A stretch of DNA of 63,233 nucleotides, filler included, from Octopus bimaculoides (GCF_001194135.2; 4 parts of 4 records of this genome joined end to end with filler, not necessarily neighbours in it), one strand, 5' to 3'. Positions 24,560 through 37,620 are shown, counted from the whole stretch's first letter. Made by a program: numbers and translations. Notes: a model not told the origin generated them from the sequence alone.

Positions 24560-25400
24560 TGTGAAATTTGCAAATTGGACAAGAATGAAATTTTAAATGT
24601 CACTATCGTATCAAGGTCATAAACTCCGCGATTGTTTTTGCTGTCTGCTATTTCAAGTACTCGTCAATCTACACAGTTCTTCATTGGCGTAAAAACTTTA
24701 AAATTTTCAACGCTCATCCAAGAATCTTCTACATTGTGTCACGTATGTTTTTGAGATAATGATTGCCACAAATGTATCTGCATCATCATTCAGGAACAAA
24801 ACAATCAGTCCTGCTATAACACTGTAAATCATGATGTTGTTCATATGTTTGATAAAACTGACACCAGACTTGTTTAAAATTTCTAACTGTGGAAGAAAGG
24901 CTTAATTTTCAACAAGCATTACAACTTACATCTTTGTCCGAGACATCTCACATTTAAATTTTGTTAACCCTGTAATAAATGTCATTCTAGTTACACAGGA
25001 ATTCTTGGGTAAACGAAAGTTTTCTTCATTTTTCGCAATGTTCTTTACCTTCCTTGAACACTAACACTTTTGTTTGTCACTTTCTGACATGTTGGAATTT
25101 TTCCTAATTATAACTGTATCTTTACAGTCTTCCTGTCTTCTTCATTGTGAGAAGAGAAGTACCATCTGTAAAATCTATGAAGTAAAGTACAATTTCTAGA
25201 ATTCAAAAGTTGAATACTATCAAATGTTTTTAGGTAATCAACCCATCTCATGCAATGTTTTTTTCTTCTTGTAACAGCTCCGTTCACTAGTAGCTGTGCC
25301 TTACAGCATACACGTCTCTATTTCCTTTCTACTCACCCGAAAAGCAATAACATCAATGTTACTACTTCCTAGGCGAGAAACCTATTTACAGTTGACTACA
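24560..25400 (-). mobile_element. Probable highly decayed piggyBac-like transposase
   Basis: Fragmentary minus-strand motifs TLRKMKK and KP....NKSGVSFIKHM....YSV resemble VGTLRKN and KP.II..YN..KGGVD..DQM...YS. There are many stops and frameshifts. Confidence 0.35.
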
Positions 25401-25898
25401 GTAGAGCATAGATGAAAGTATCTGGAGTTTGTTTTTGGAAATTATCATTGGTTTCTTCTTCCGGTCGCAGTTCAACTGTTAAAGCTGACCTCTTTTTTAT
25501 GTGACAATGGATGTCATTATATTCGTGTGTGAAGGCGTTAAATGTCAGAATAATTAGAGTGCTGGACAAAATACCTCGTGGTATTTCTTTCGTCTTTTAA
25601 CGATCTACTTTTTATGGAACTGCGTGTGAATATTGTGAATAGATTCTTAAAGGCTAGAAACCTTTCTGCGCGTCGTAGGTTTATCCGCTGGTTTGGGGAA
25701 TGTGTGCATGTTGTGAGAGGGACTTTAAGGGCTCGAGTGTTTTCCATCAAACGTATTGCCTTTCGTGTGATGAAGAGTGTCTTGTTCTTTTAGCATTTTT
25801 ATTTTTGATCACATATATATTATATGCTTGTGGATTTATTTTGAAGTCTGTGTAGAGGTCAAGTAAACCAGTCTCGCTATTCTGAAGTTTATTATGGT

Positions 25899-26066
25899 TT
25901 ATTTACATTATTTACGTTTGACGGATATTTGACCTCATCTTGTTTACTGTTAACACAATGTTTCGGCTGAAACCCTCCTGCCTTCATCAGGTGTCTTGGG
26001 GAAATTTCGAACCTGGGTTCTCATTCCTAAGGTATTTTTCGATGTTATTGTTATTATTATTATTGT
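25899..26066 (-). mobile_element. tRNA-(AAT)n-hammerhead element, copy B (3' half with complete tail)
   Basis: Homologous to 6550-6641. It continues past the ribozyme to a GTAAATAAT tandem tail. The 5' side is occupied by a LINE at the (AAT)n. Confidence 0.85.
25952..25995 (-). ncRNA. Complete minimal type I hammerhead ribozyme motif
   Basis: GACAC-CUGAUGA-A-GGCAG[GAGGGUUU]CAGCC-GAA-ACAU-U-GUGUU. Stem I is GACAC/GUGUU, stem II has one mismatch, and ACAU is a CpG-decay variant of ACGU. Confidence 0.7.
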
Positions 26067-26315
26067 TCATTAGTTTTATTTTTATAACGTGCTTTCACTT
26101 CACTACCGAGCGCAGCTCTGTGTGCCTTGGGTATGTGCTGTGGTTTGCTGTGGTGCTCTTATGTTTACTGTATTGAAAGTGTTTTGCGTAGAATGTGTGC
26201 AGTACCCAGTAGTGCAATTTTCTGTATGTTATATATATTTGTAAGTCCTGGTGTTTTTGTTATGTATTTGTCTGAATATCTTTTTATTATACTTAAGGCG
26301 CCTACTATGATAGGA
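26067..26315 (-). mobile_element. R4/Dong-clade LINE 3' end inserted at the (AAT)n of the hammerhead element
   Basis: The minus strand gives PIIVGALSIIKRYSDKYITKTPGLTNIYNIQKIALLGTAHILRKTLSIQ*, then a 3' UTR ending in (AAT)n. It is the same family as 3405-3540 and is cut by the scaffold gap. Confidence 0.9.
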
Positions 26316-26415
26316 NNNNNNNNNNNNNNNNNNNNNNNNNNNNNNNNNNNNNNNNNNNNTTAATTAATTAANNNNNNNNNNNNNNNNNNNNNNNNNNNNN
26401 NNNNNNNNNNNNNNN
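26316..26415. other. Scaffolding linker N44-TTAATTAATTAA-N44 (assembly artefact; also at 40561-40660 and 52769-52868)
   Basis: An identical 100-bp construct occurs three times. The palindrome gives TAA stops in all six frames. Confidence 0.9.
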
Positions 26416-26508
<93 letters not shown>

Positions 26509-27099
26509 CTCTATACGCATATGCATGCATGTATACACACAAATACCTCAGCGTTTTATATAAGATGACAGAGGTGCGGCTTGAGGGAGATTTGCCTGTT
26601 ATCTTTAGCATGCCGATTGACGGTGTGGAGTGACTGTCGATAGTTGATGTTCTCTAGTATTGTGAGCAGGTGTACCGAGGTGTGCTGAGGTTGCTTGTTC
26701 GGAAACTGTGTCTTTAGAATGAGAGTAATTAATGAGTGGATGGGTGTCAGGGCGGACATATCTGGCGAGGAGGGAATATGTACTGTTGCTATTTTAATTA
26801 ACCGCATGTCTGACGTATGTCTAGGTACGAGTAATTAACCAGTGTGTGTGTGAGTAAATATGGGTAAGTGTGTGTGTGTGAGTGAGCGTGCAACCGTGTG
26901 TGTGTGAATGTGAGTGTCTCGGTGCGTGTGTACGTGTGCTTGTATGTGTGTACGTGAATGTGTGTGTGTGTGTGGGTGAGAGCTTGCATGTATGAGAGCG
27001 TGTGTATATGTGTGCGTGTGTGTGAGTGAATGTGTATGAGTGAGCGTGTCACTGTGCGTTAGTGTGTGTGTGTATGTGTGTGTGCAAAAATATCAACTG

Positions 27100-27299
27100 A
27101 CAATGTTGTCACAATAGCAACAGCAGTGGTAGTTGTGGTGGTAGTGGTGGTGGTGGTAGTAATAGTAGTAGTAGTAGTGTTTGGGGATTCGTTGGCAGAA
27201 TAATTGTAATGATAAAAAAAGGATGATATTGATGTTGATTAGGCTAATGGCGTTGAAGATGACGACGATGACGGAGGAGGAGGTGGTGGTGGTCTTCTT

Positions 27300-27331
<32 letters not shown>

Positions 27332-27475
27332 TGATGAGGATGAGTAAGAAAAAGAGGAAGACTCTAAGGACGGACCTCATGAAGGAAAATTTNNNNNNNN
27401 NNNNNNGATGTTGATTAGGCTAATGGCGTTGAAGATGACGACGATGACGGAGGAGGAGGTGGTGGTGGTCTTCTT

Positions 27476-27507
<32 letters not shown>

Positions 27508-27577
27508 TGATGAGGATGAGTAAGAAAAAGAGGAAGACTCTAAGGACGGACCTCATGAAGGAAAATTTTACTGTTAG

Positions 27578-27608
<31 letters not shown>

Positions 27609-27660
27609 AATGATGAAGACGACGACGACGACGACGATAAGGATGAAGATGGCGATGTTC
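27100..27660. repeat. Degenerate trinucleotide (GAT/GAC/GGT/GTA) tract; 27231-27392 repeated at 27407-27568 across an N14 gap
   Basis: Seen directly. The exact duplication around a tiny gap suggests unmerged contig overlap. Confidence 0.85.
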
Positions 27661-28169
27661 TTTAAACTATGCAAAGCAATATAACTTTCGTCTGGAACAA
27701 TAGACACCAGTATATTACCGACTGTATTTTATTTTATATTTCGTTTATATATTTTCTGTTATTTTGTATCTACTGTCCTGCGTCTCGTTCAAATTGTTCA
27801 AATGAAAGGTTTTAACTCTGAAAGTATTACATTAAAATAATATCTATCTTCTTCTAAAAAAGAAAAAGGATAACGCTCCCTTTCAAACCATATAGATCAT
27901 GAGGCCGGTTTTTCGGTTTCTGTGGGGTATATATTCCTCTCTGGAGTCTCAGCAAGTCTATTTTCATTAGAAGTGGAATATTTGAAAGACACTCCCCGTT
28001 TTGTTCCTTTTGCACTTGATAACAATACCTTTAACAACATGTCACACATGAGAAAACTCGGATAGAAATGTCATGTGTAAACAAGTAATAATATTGACGT
28101 CAAGTTGTACGCTGTAGCCAATAAACAACTAGAAACGCTGCCTCAGATAGTACACAGATACACAAGTTC

Positions 28170-28616
28170 TCTTTATCTTTATCTTTTACTTGTTTCAGTC
28201 ATTCAACTGAGGCCTTGATGGGTTTTAGTCAAACAGATGGACTCCAGTCCTCAGCACTTATTTTTAAAGTCTGGTACTTATTCAGTCGGTCTCTTCTGCA
28301 ACGCCGCTAATTTATGGGGTCATAAACATACCAACACCACTTGTCAAACGTGGTGCGGTGACAAGCACAGACACAAATGCATTCACCCCCCCCCCACGCA
28401 CACACCCACACATACACTCATACATCACACACTCCCTCTTCCACCCCCCACACATATATAGCGATAAGCTTCCATCTATCCAATTCGCTCACAATGTGTT
28501 GGTTAGCCCGGAGCTATGGTTGAAGAAACTTGCCCAATGTGCCGCATTGTGGAAGTGATCCTGAAACCATGTAACAGCAATGCAAGCTACTTAATTGCGT
28601 AGCCATGCTGCGCCTA
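28170..28616 (-). mobile_element. Old, diverged full-length SINE family 1 copy
   Basis: The tail, CA-rich middle and head (ends ...AGCCATGCTGCGCCTAT) are collinear with the reverse of 19951-20327. Confidence 0.8.
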
Positions 28617-28839
28617 TAAGAACTATAAAAACTCAGTTAATAGGCGTGAAAGATTTATTAGTTTTAGTAATAAGTTACAAATATATTTCAAGTTGACGTT
28701 AAATAAATTAACAAAGCAGAAAAAATACGAAATATTATTGGTCGATTTAGAAACCGCCATCCAAAATGTTTTTTAGAAATATGATATTAAAGAGGAATGC
28801 AGCAAGTCTTATGCAACTGGAAAACTCTTATAAATTCGA

Positions 28840-29000
28840 CCTCAGTGTTCAGCAGCTAATTATTTTATTGACCCCGAAAGAATGAAGGACACAGTCGACC
28901 TCAGTCGAACTTGAACTCAGCGCGTAAAATGCTGGAAGAAATGCTGTTAAGCACTTCGCCGGATTCGTTAAGGATCCTGTCAGTTTGCCGCCTTCGCGAA
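28840..29000 (-). mobile_element. SINE family 3 copy
   Basis: ATTGACCCCGAAAGAATGAAGGACACAGTCGACCTC...TTAAGCACTTCGCCGGATTCG...TGCCGCCTT. Confidence 0.8.
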
Positions 29001-29588
29001 AGGAATAATGAAATGAATTGAAAAGAGACAAACCACACACGTACATACATACATACATACATTATACATACATTATACATACATATATGTATGTATGTAT
29101 GTATGTATGTGTGTATGTGTGTTGTTGATGATGACGATGATGATGATGGTGATGACAACAATAAGGCCAAGCTTCATATACAGGAAGTTACCACCACCAC
29201 GACGACCACGACGACGACCAACAACAACAACAGCAGCAGCAGCAGCAATTAGAAACGCAAGCAAGACGACTATCACCATAAACATCAATCATTTTAAACA
29301 CGTCCAAAATGGGGATTGAAGAAGACTGACAAAATGGACTAAGATCGATCGAAATATATCGCTTGTACTTATCTTTCTCAAAAGGATGAGCAATGTCGAT
29401 GTTTGAAGTTGCTGCTTCAGACATAATGGCTAAAAGAAACTCTGCAACCAAAGAACACATTTGTCTAAATTTGTGTCTGTCTGTTTGTCTCTATCTATCT
29501 ATCTATCTACATTTGTGTATACACAAACATACACACATACATACATATATATATATATATGTATGTATAATGTATGTATGTATATATG

Positions 29589-29625
<37 letters not shown>

Positions 29626-30198
29626 NNNNNNNNNNNNNNNNNNNNNNNNNNNNNNNNNNNNNNNNNNNNNNNNNNNNNNNNNNNNNNNNNNNNNNNNNNN
29701 NNNNNNNNNNNNNNNNNNNNNNNNNNNNNNNNNNNNNNNNNNNNNNNNNNNNNNNNNNNNNNNNNNNNNNNNNNNNNNNNNNNNNNNNNNNNNNNNNNNN
29801 NNNNNNNNNNNNNNNNNNNNNNNNNNNNNNNNNNNNNNNNNNNNNNNNNNNNNNNNNNNNNNNNNNNNNNNNNNNNNNNNNNNNNNNNNNNNNNNNNNNN
29901 NNNNNNNNNNNNNNNNNNNNNNNNNNNNNNNNNNNNNNNNNNNNNNNNNNNNNNNNNNNNNNNNNNNNNNNNNNNNNNNNNNNNNNNNNNNNNNNNNNNN
30001 NNNNNNNNNNNNNNNNNNNNNNNNNNNNNNNNNNNNNNNNNNNNNNNNNNNNNNNNNNNNNNNNNNNNNNNNNNNNNNNNNNNNNNNNNNNNNNNNNNNN
30101 NNNNNNNNNNNNNTATTATTATTATTATTATTGTTATTATTATTATTATTGTTGTTGTTGTTGTTGTTGTTGTTATTATTATTATTATTATTATTATA

Positions 30199-30262
<64 letters not shown>

Positions 30263-30473
30263 TAAGACTTACTTAATAGCACTGTTTGATGTTAATTACA
30301 TAAAAAATATAGGACAAACTAACTAAATACGAATTAAAAAATTCCGCAACCAAATGGGAGTAAGTTGTTCAATGGATGCTGAATTTATGGTATATCGGTT
30401 GGCTGGTTGCTTTAGAGAATGGATGCTGAAAGCTGGTGCTGACGATCTAGCTACCTATCTATCTATCTGTCTA

Positions 30474-30520
<47 letters not shown>

Positions 30521-31021
30521 GCCATATATCACTGGTTTCGGTGTTGTGGTTAGGGTTGTGATAGTTGTATTAGCGGTAGATAATTTTCTCTTTCTTAACT
30601 TTCTGGCGCAGGAGGAAGGAGGCATCGCTCATGGGATGACTTTTGCTGGTCGTCTTAGAACAGTAAAATTGATACCATTGGTACTTCGCTTCAACATTTG
30701 TCAGTCAAGATTTGTGATGAAAAATATGAACAAGGAGAGTATTCCAGAGGGAGGACGTTCGAAGAAAGAAAGAATGGGTGACGCGTTCTGCCCATCACTC
30801 TGACGACTCTGCCAATTCGCTGCCTACCACGAGAAGCTAAGATACATATTTGAGCACCGAACCATTTGAGAGTTTTTACTGTTGTTATTGTTAAGGATTA
30901 TCGAATTATCATAACTGAACGCTGATGGAAGGACTAAGCACTTGACTTTTGGATTAAAAGCTATACCAATCACTGACTGAGCGCCTTTATTGTTTTATAT
31001 TGCGCGTAGCTGCTTACATTA

Positions 31022-31070
<49 letters not shown>

Positions 31071-31074
31071 TTGT

Positions 31075-31273
31075 GTCTTTGTTTGTCCCCCCCACTCGCT
31101 TGACAACCGATGTTGGTGTGTTTATGTCCCCAAAACTTAGCGGTTCGGCAAAGAGATCGATAGAATAAGTACTAGGCTTACAAAGAATAAGTCCTTGTGT
31201 CGATTTCTTCGATTAAAGGCGGTGCTCCAGCATGGCCGCAGTCAAATGACTGAAACAAGTAAAAGAATAAAAG

Positions 31274-31275
<2 letters not shown>
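31075..31275 (+). mobile_element. SINE family 1 tail between microsatellites
   Basis: Matches the tail of 19951-20327. Confidence 0.9.
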
Positions 31276-31310
<35 letters not shown>

Positions 31311-31731
31311 CACACACGCACACATACATACGTACGTACATACATACACGCATGCATTGTATATTTCTCGTTGTTCGAGCGAACGTTTATCATTAAAGAA
31401 TGACTTTGCAGGGCACGAACTACTGATCTGTTGATCGGTTCCACCTTACCCCTGTCAATATGGTAATCCACGCTCTCATAATCTCTCTTAATATCTCAAA
31501 ACAGGTGCTTTCCCCCAGAGGAATTATTAATTCGTTAATTAGCAATTAAAATGAGAACGGTAAACGACATTAATTTTGAAATTGCAGTCTTTCTTGATAT
31601 TTCGGTGTTAGATTACATTTCCATTTTAAGGATCGAAACACAAGACAGTGTTTTATGGGGGGACCTCATATTTAGGTTCCGTTTCACCAAAAGAGGTGGA
31701 ATACGAGGTGGGGGTGAGCAACAAGGAAAGA

Positions 31732-31737
<6 letters not shown>

Positions 31738-31830
<93 letters not shown>

Positions 31831-31868
31831 GAGAGAGAGAAAGAGAGAGACAGAGAGAGACAGAGAGT
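31738..31868. repeat. (GA)n microsatellite
   Basis: Seen directly. Similar GA/GATA tracts occur at about 35700-35890 and 63172-63233. Confidence 0.95.
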
Positions 31869-32305
31869 TATAGAAAGAAAAACTCATGGAAAAGAGGGGG
31901 AGGGAGCAAGAATGAGAGTGAGAGTGGATGAAGTGATAAAGGGGAGAGAAAAAAGGTGAAAAGGCGATGAGACATCTAAAAGGCAGAGAAGAGGAAAAGA
32001 AAAGAGAAAGAGAGAGAGGTAGAGAAAAGGAGAGAGAGAGGTGGGAGAAAAGAGAGATAATATACTAACATATATAAACACATATGCACATATCTGTGCG
32101 CGCGCGCATACACACACATTCTTTCTTCTTCTTTTTACTCGTTTCAGTCATTTGACTGCGGCCATGCCTGAGCATCGCCTTATATATAATAAAGTAAAAG
32201 CAGGAAAAATTACATCAAAAAATCAAAGAAGATTTTAATATAAATAATATTGTAATAATAGATAAATATATAAAGTATAATTATCTATAAAGGTTTCGTT
32301 GAATA

Positions 32306-32523
32306 CCTTCACCAGACCTCACACCACAACACATTTTTATGGAGATATGTAAAAGACAAAGTCTACGTTATGAAGCCTGCAACAGTCGGTGATTTGAGAG
32401 CAGCCATTGACCAAATGCACACAAACCCCAAACGAATTGTTTCGCGACGCTTGCGATTCCGTTGCTTCGCGTTATCAGCAGCGCCTGGACGAGAGCGGAC
32501 GTCAGTCTGAAAGCAGACGTTGA
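32306..32523 (+). mobile_element. Tc1/mariner transposase C-terminal fossil
   Basis: PSPDLTP../FLWRYVKDKVYVMKPATVGDLRAAI...SRYQQRLDESGRQSE matches SPDLTPLDFFLWGYVKDKVY..KP.T...LK..I...R...C....G..FE. Confidence 0.8.
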
Positions 32524-35500
32524 CAAAACAATAAGATAATGTCTGTAGATTCTATTAAATTTTGGAAATGAAATATATTTTAATAAACACCGACGTTACA
32601 AGTATTTAAAGTGGGTATGCTTCATTATATACATACATATAGACGTNNNNNNNNNNNNNNNNNNNNNNNNNNNNNNNNNNNNNNNNNNNNNNNNNNNNNN
32701 NNNNNNNNNNNNNNNNNNNNNNNNNNNNNNNNNNNACACACACACACACACACACATGTTACAAATGTTCCACAAGGTTAAGAGATGAAAAACACAATAG
32801 CAGGAATATGCACAATTCTTTTCATTGTAATTGAGAGATTCTTCAAAATAAAATTGTTTCGCAATTCATTGTTACATATCCCTTTCATTCGTAATGGAGA
32901 AAACCAGTCACATGCAGATGTATCAAGGCTGGCTGTTATTCATCAGTTAAGATGTATTATATTCTATCGACCGGAACTAAGCTCGTTATAAAAACGTTAG
33001 GAAATGTTACCTCTATAACGAGGTTACTTCCGGACGAAGCACTCTGGTAAATCTTTACAAAAATTATAACGTATGTCTATCACAATGAAATGATTATTAT
33101 GCAAAAGAAATGAAACCGATATGTAATAATAGATTTTGGAATAATCATTGAACATAGCATAATTACGCGTAAATGCATACACATAGCTTCTAGTTTGAGT
33201 TTCTACTCTGATGCTAAGAAAATACCGTCAAGATTAATATATTGGCTGCATTGGGAAGTTAAAAACAGCTTTGATAACAGGCATCTTTGTCTGAAAAATA
33301 TTTGTTATTCCAATTTTTGTAGTAAAGTCGATTTTCTAATGACATTCCAAACCATCAAGGAGATTCATATTTTTATGAATATGATAATATGGTCGCAGTC
33401 AAGGATAAACATAGGAATCTCCTACATTCAATTTTTCTGCTATTTTCCTTCTCAAGTTCTTTGTATTTTTGTTTATACTTCCTGCACTGAAGAATATATT
33501 GATATATTTAATTAATTAAATTTAATTCTATCATGAATTTGCATTATTATTTTTATATCTCTGTACGAAGCGATCGTCTGTAAGAATTAAACTTCTTATA
33601 TATTTTAACAACTTGTCTCCTCCATTTTAAAGTAAATCGATGGTTTTTATGAGACTCTTTTCCATAAATTCACCATACATTATATACAAATACTACTTTC
33701 ATATCTTCGCAAACTTACGCCTGTAAACTCCCAGCAAAGTATGAAGAATCAACATTAGAAATCTTTCTTGGAAACCTCCAAATTAAAGGATGAATCCATA
33801 TTCAACATTTATACACACACACACACACACACACACCCACCCACACACCCACACACACCCACACCCACNNNNNNNNNNNNNNNNNNNNNNNNNNNNNNNN
33901 NNNNNNNNNNNNNNNNNNNNNNNNNNNNNNNNNNNNNNNNNNNNNNNNNNNNNNNNNNNNNNNNNNNNNNNNNNNNNNNNNNNNNNNNNNNNNNNNNNNN
34001 NNNNNNNNNNNNNNNNNNNNNNNNNNNNNNNNNNNNNNNNNNNNNNNNNNNNNNNNNNNNNNNNNNNNNNNNNNNNNNNNNNNNNNNNNNNNNNNNNNNN
34101 NNNNNNNNNNNNNNNNNNNNNNNNNNNNNNNNNNNNNNNNNNNNNNNNNNNNNNNNNNNNNNNNNNNNNNNNNNNNNNNNNNNNNNNNNNNNNNNNNNNN
34201 NNNNNNNNNNNNNNNNNNNNNNNNNNNNNNNNNNNNNNNNNNNNNNNNNNNNNNNNNNNNNNNNNNNNNNNNNNNNNNNNNNNNNNNNNNNNNNNNNNNN
34301 NNNNNNNNNNNNNNNNNNNNNNNNNNNNNNTATATATATATATATATATATATATTGGCTGCCCCAGTCGTCTCCTGCAAATATAAAAAGAAAAAGCTCT
34401 GGAAGTTCAACAATGTTTTGATTGCTTGCTGAAGTTGGTGGCAAGAAATGAGTGTCGAGATGTGCCAAAACAGCTCGTGATGGAGCTGTGCTGTTTGAAG
34501 TAAGAAAACATGATCTGAAGTAAGACACCTGTTGCCTGAAGTAAGAAACATGTTACTGTATATAGTTTGATTAAAGAAAGACCTTCCGTTTTATTTGCCA
34601 CCTATAACTGCTGGAGTCAGTGTTCCTACTTAGCAAAGGTATCTGATGCTCTCTGTGACCGGTGAAAGACTCGCAAAGATTTGGTCATCAATGGGAACTT
34701 TTAAAGCAGAACAAAATTTGGAAACGATTATTGCTACCATTATATTGGCATCAAATTCTTTATCATTTCTTTTTTTAAAATTCCATTGGTTATCTGCTAG
34801 GGCCTGCAATAGCAAAATATGCCAATGTGACTCATAAATTCTTTGTGGGCCACATAAAAATGTGGCAATGTAGAACAGCAGGGTTTTCGGGAAAACAAAA
34901 TAACCAGCTAACACGCACTTTACAAAAACAATCTGTAACTGGAGAAGGACAAAATAAGACGTTTCTAAAAAGTTTAAGTTGTTAGTAATTCTTATCGGTT
35001 TTGTTATCCATATTCTCACGGTGGAATTTTGTTTCTTTATTAGAAATCTTGCCCTTCATTATAAGAAGAATTCTAACAATTCTAAAAGAAGATAACTTAT
35101 AATGATACTTTGATACATGGAGTGATACCTAGGTACATAGATGCTGACAAAGATACTCGTGGTCATAAAAATACCTGAATAATACAATGGTACACATGTA
35201 TATACAAAAGTATGTATATAAACACATACAATGATACATGTGTGCATACACGTAGACACACACATGTAAAAATATGTCTGTCTACCTGCCTGCCTGCCTG
35301 TCTGTTTCTCTGTCTGTCTACATACATTCAAACACACACATTTAAATGCGTAGATACACAGATACATTGATGTATACATGAATGCGCAAAAACATAAATT
35401 TGATAACCAAAAGATACATACAGAGATATACAAATACACAGATATAAAACTAGATGTAAACGCGTAGATTCAAGCTCCTAACGTATAGATGTACATATAA

Positions 35501-35528
35501 GTATCTGCTTAAATACTTAAAAATCTAT

Positions 35529-35577
<49 letters not shown>

Positions 35578-35699
35578 CACGAATTCCTTAATTTAATGAC
35601 GAGGAATATATTCCTTTGTAAGCTCTATAAAATTGGTAATGTAGAAAAATGAGCCTGAAAGAATGTGTGTGTATGGCACTGCGTGCGTGTGAATTAGAC

Positions 35700-35772
<73 letters not shown>

Positions 35773-35792
35773 TAGATAGATAGATAGGTAGG

Positions 35793-35868
<76 letters not shown>

Positions 35869-36489
35869 TATAGAGATAGAGAGATAGAGAAGTACACTTA
35901 GTATGAATCCCTGGAAGAGACAATCTGAAATCTATAACCTTGAAACTTTATCATAATATGGCCGTGTATGACAAAACGGTGCTAAAAACTTTTTATAACT
36001 CTCACTGTCGGTAGGGTATGTTGTAGAACAATTGAATAAAAAGACTGTATTACAGCAGGAGACATAAAAAGAAAGAAAACCTAGAAATGCTAGGATTTTC
36101 TAAGAGCAAACGAAACTGACACACATCTTCCATATCCAATCGATCAGTGGCAGAATGTAGATATAAGAAACACTGTAAAAATTATTTGAGGGTTTTAGAA
36201 TGATAATATTCACCAATCACAGATGAGGACGTGACATACGCACACACACACACACACTCGTGTACTAAAGACACATGCACAACCATTACAAAAGTGCATA
36301 TGCACATATATACACATTTATTTATATGCAATCACTGATTCACTTCTACATTCTCACGGGTTCTTGGCATTTTCTTCATTCAAAGAAATAATAAAACTTG
36401 TTACTTTATTTCTGAATTCACAGAAGTATGGATAAACACATTTAAGCAGATGCACACACACACATACACACAGATGTAAGATACCCGTA

Positions 36490-36524
<35 letters not shown>

Positions 36525-36539
36525 GTGTAAGATATACAT

Positions 36540-36576
<37 letters not shown>

Positions 36577-37094
36577 CTATATGTATGTGTATATGTATGT
36601 GCTTATGATATATATGTGTGTGTGTGTGTGTGTGTGTTTGTATATATATATATACATATATATATACACACATACATGCTCACACATAGACACACAAGCA
36701 CTCACAGACACATGCGCAGACAACACATATAAAAAAACAAAACTAGTAGATGGTTCCAGAAAAGAGCTTACTTTCAAGGTTCATTAAGAGAACATGCCTA
36801 TCCAATCTATTAAACTTCGGTCTCTGGTGTCGAATTACAAGGATATAATGTAGAATTTTGGTACGAAATTCTATGACATTTTTATGTTACATTTCAACGC
36901 AAAACTTGTGCTTATAGCCATTAAAGTCCTGGAAGAGATGGCGTTTCAGACTAGCAGTGATATATCACCGGGAAATGGTTCTACGCGAAGGTAATAACCA
37001 ACGTTTTGCTCACGTTTCATCAATAATAATAATGATGATGATAATGATGGTGATGATGATGATGATAATAATAATAAATAATAATAATAATAAT

Positions 37095-37230
37095 AATAAT
37101 GATAATAATTCTTTTTACTATAGGCACAAGTACTGAAACTTGGAGGGGAGGGAGTTGGTCAATTACGTCCACCCCAATACCTGACTGATACTTTATTTAT
37201 CAACCCCGAAAATACGAACGGCTAAGTCAA
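37095..37230 (-). mobile_element. SINE family 3 tail with (ATT)n tail on the left
   Basis: Reverse of the 54740-54870 tail. An (AAT/GAT)n run lies at 37021-37108. Confidence 0.7.
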
Positions 37231-37257
37231 GGCGTCGTGCGCGCGCGCGCGTATTTG

Positions 37258-37620
37258 TGAAGGCGCGTGGGTTAGTGGTTAGGGTCAGGGTTAGGGTTAA
37301 GGTTAGTGGTTAGGGTATTCAGCTCACAATCACAAGGTCGTGAGTTCGATTTCTTGCAGCACTTTCTTTCTTTTCTTGAGCATGACACTTTATTTCACGT
37401 TGCTCACTCCACTCAGCTAGCAAAAGTGAGTTGTACTTTGTGATTCAAAGGGGCCAACCTTGTCACATTCTTTGTCATGCTGAATCCCCCTAAGAACTAC
37501 GTTAAGGATACGTTTGTCTGTGGAGTACTCAGCCACTTGTATGCTAATTTCACGAGCAGTCTGTTCCGTTGATCGAATCAACAGGAACCCTCGTCGTCGT
37601 AACCGACGGAGTGCCAGTTT
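37258..37620 (+). mobile_element. CORE-type tRNA SINE, full length, with telomere-like insertion in the A-box region
   Basis: B box GAGTTCGATT, a central block shared with 5997-6320, and a tail shared with 3566-3760. Confidence 0.85.
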
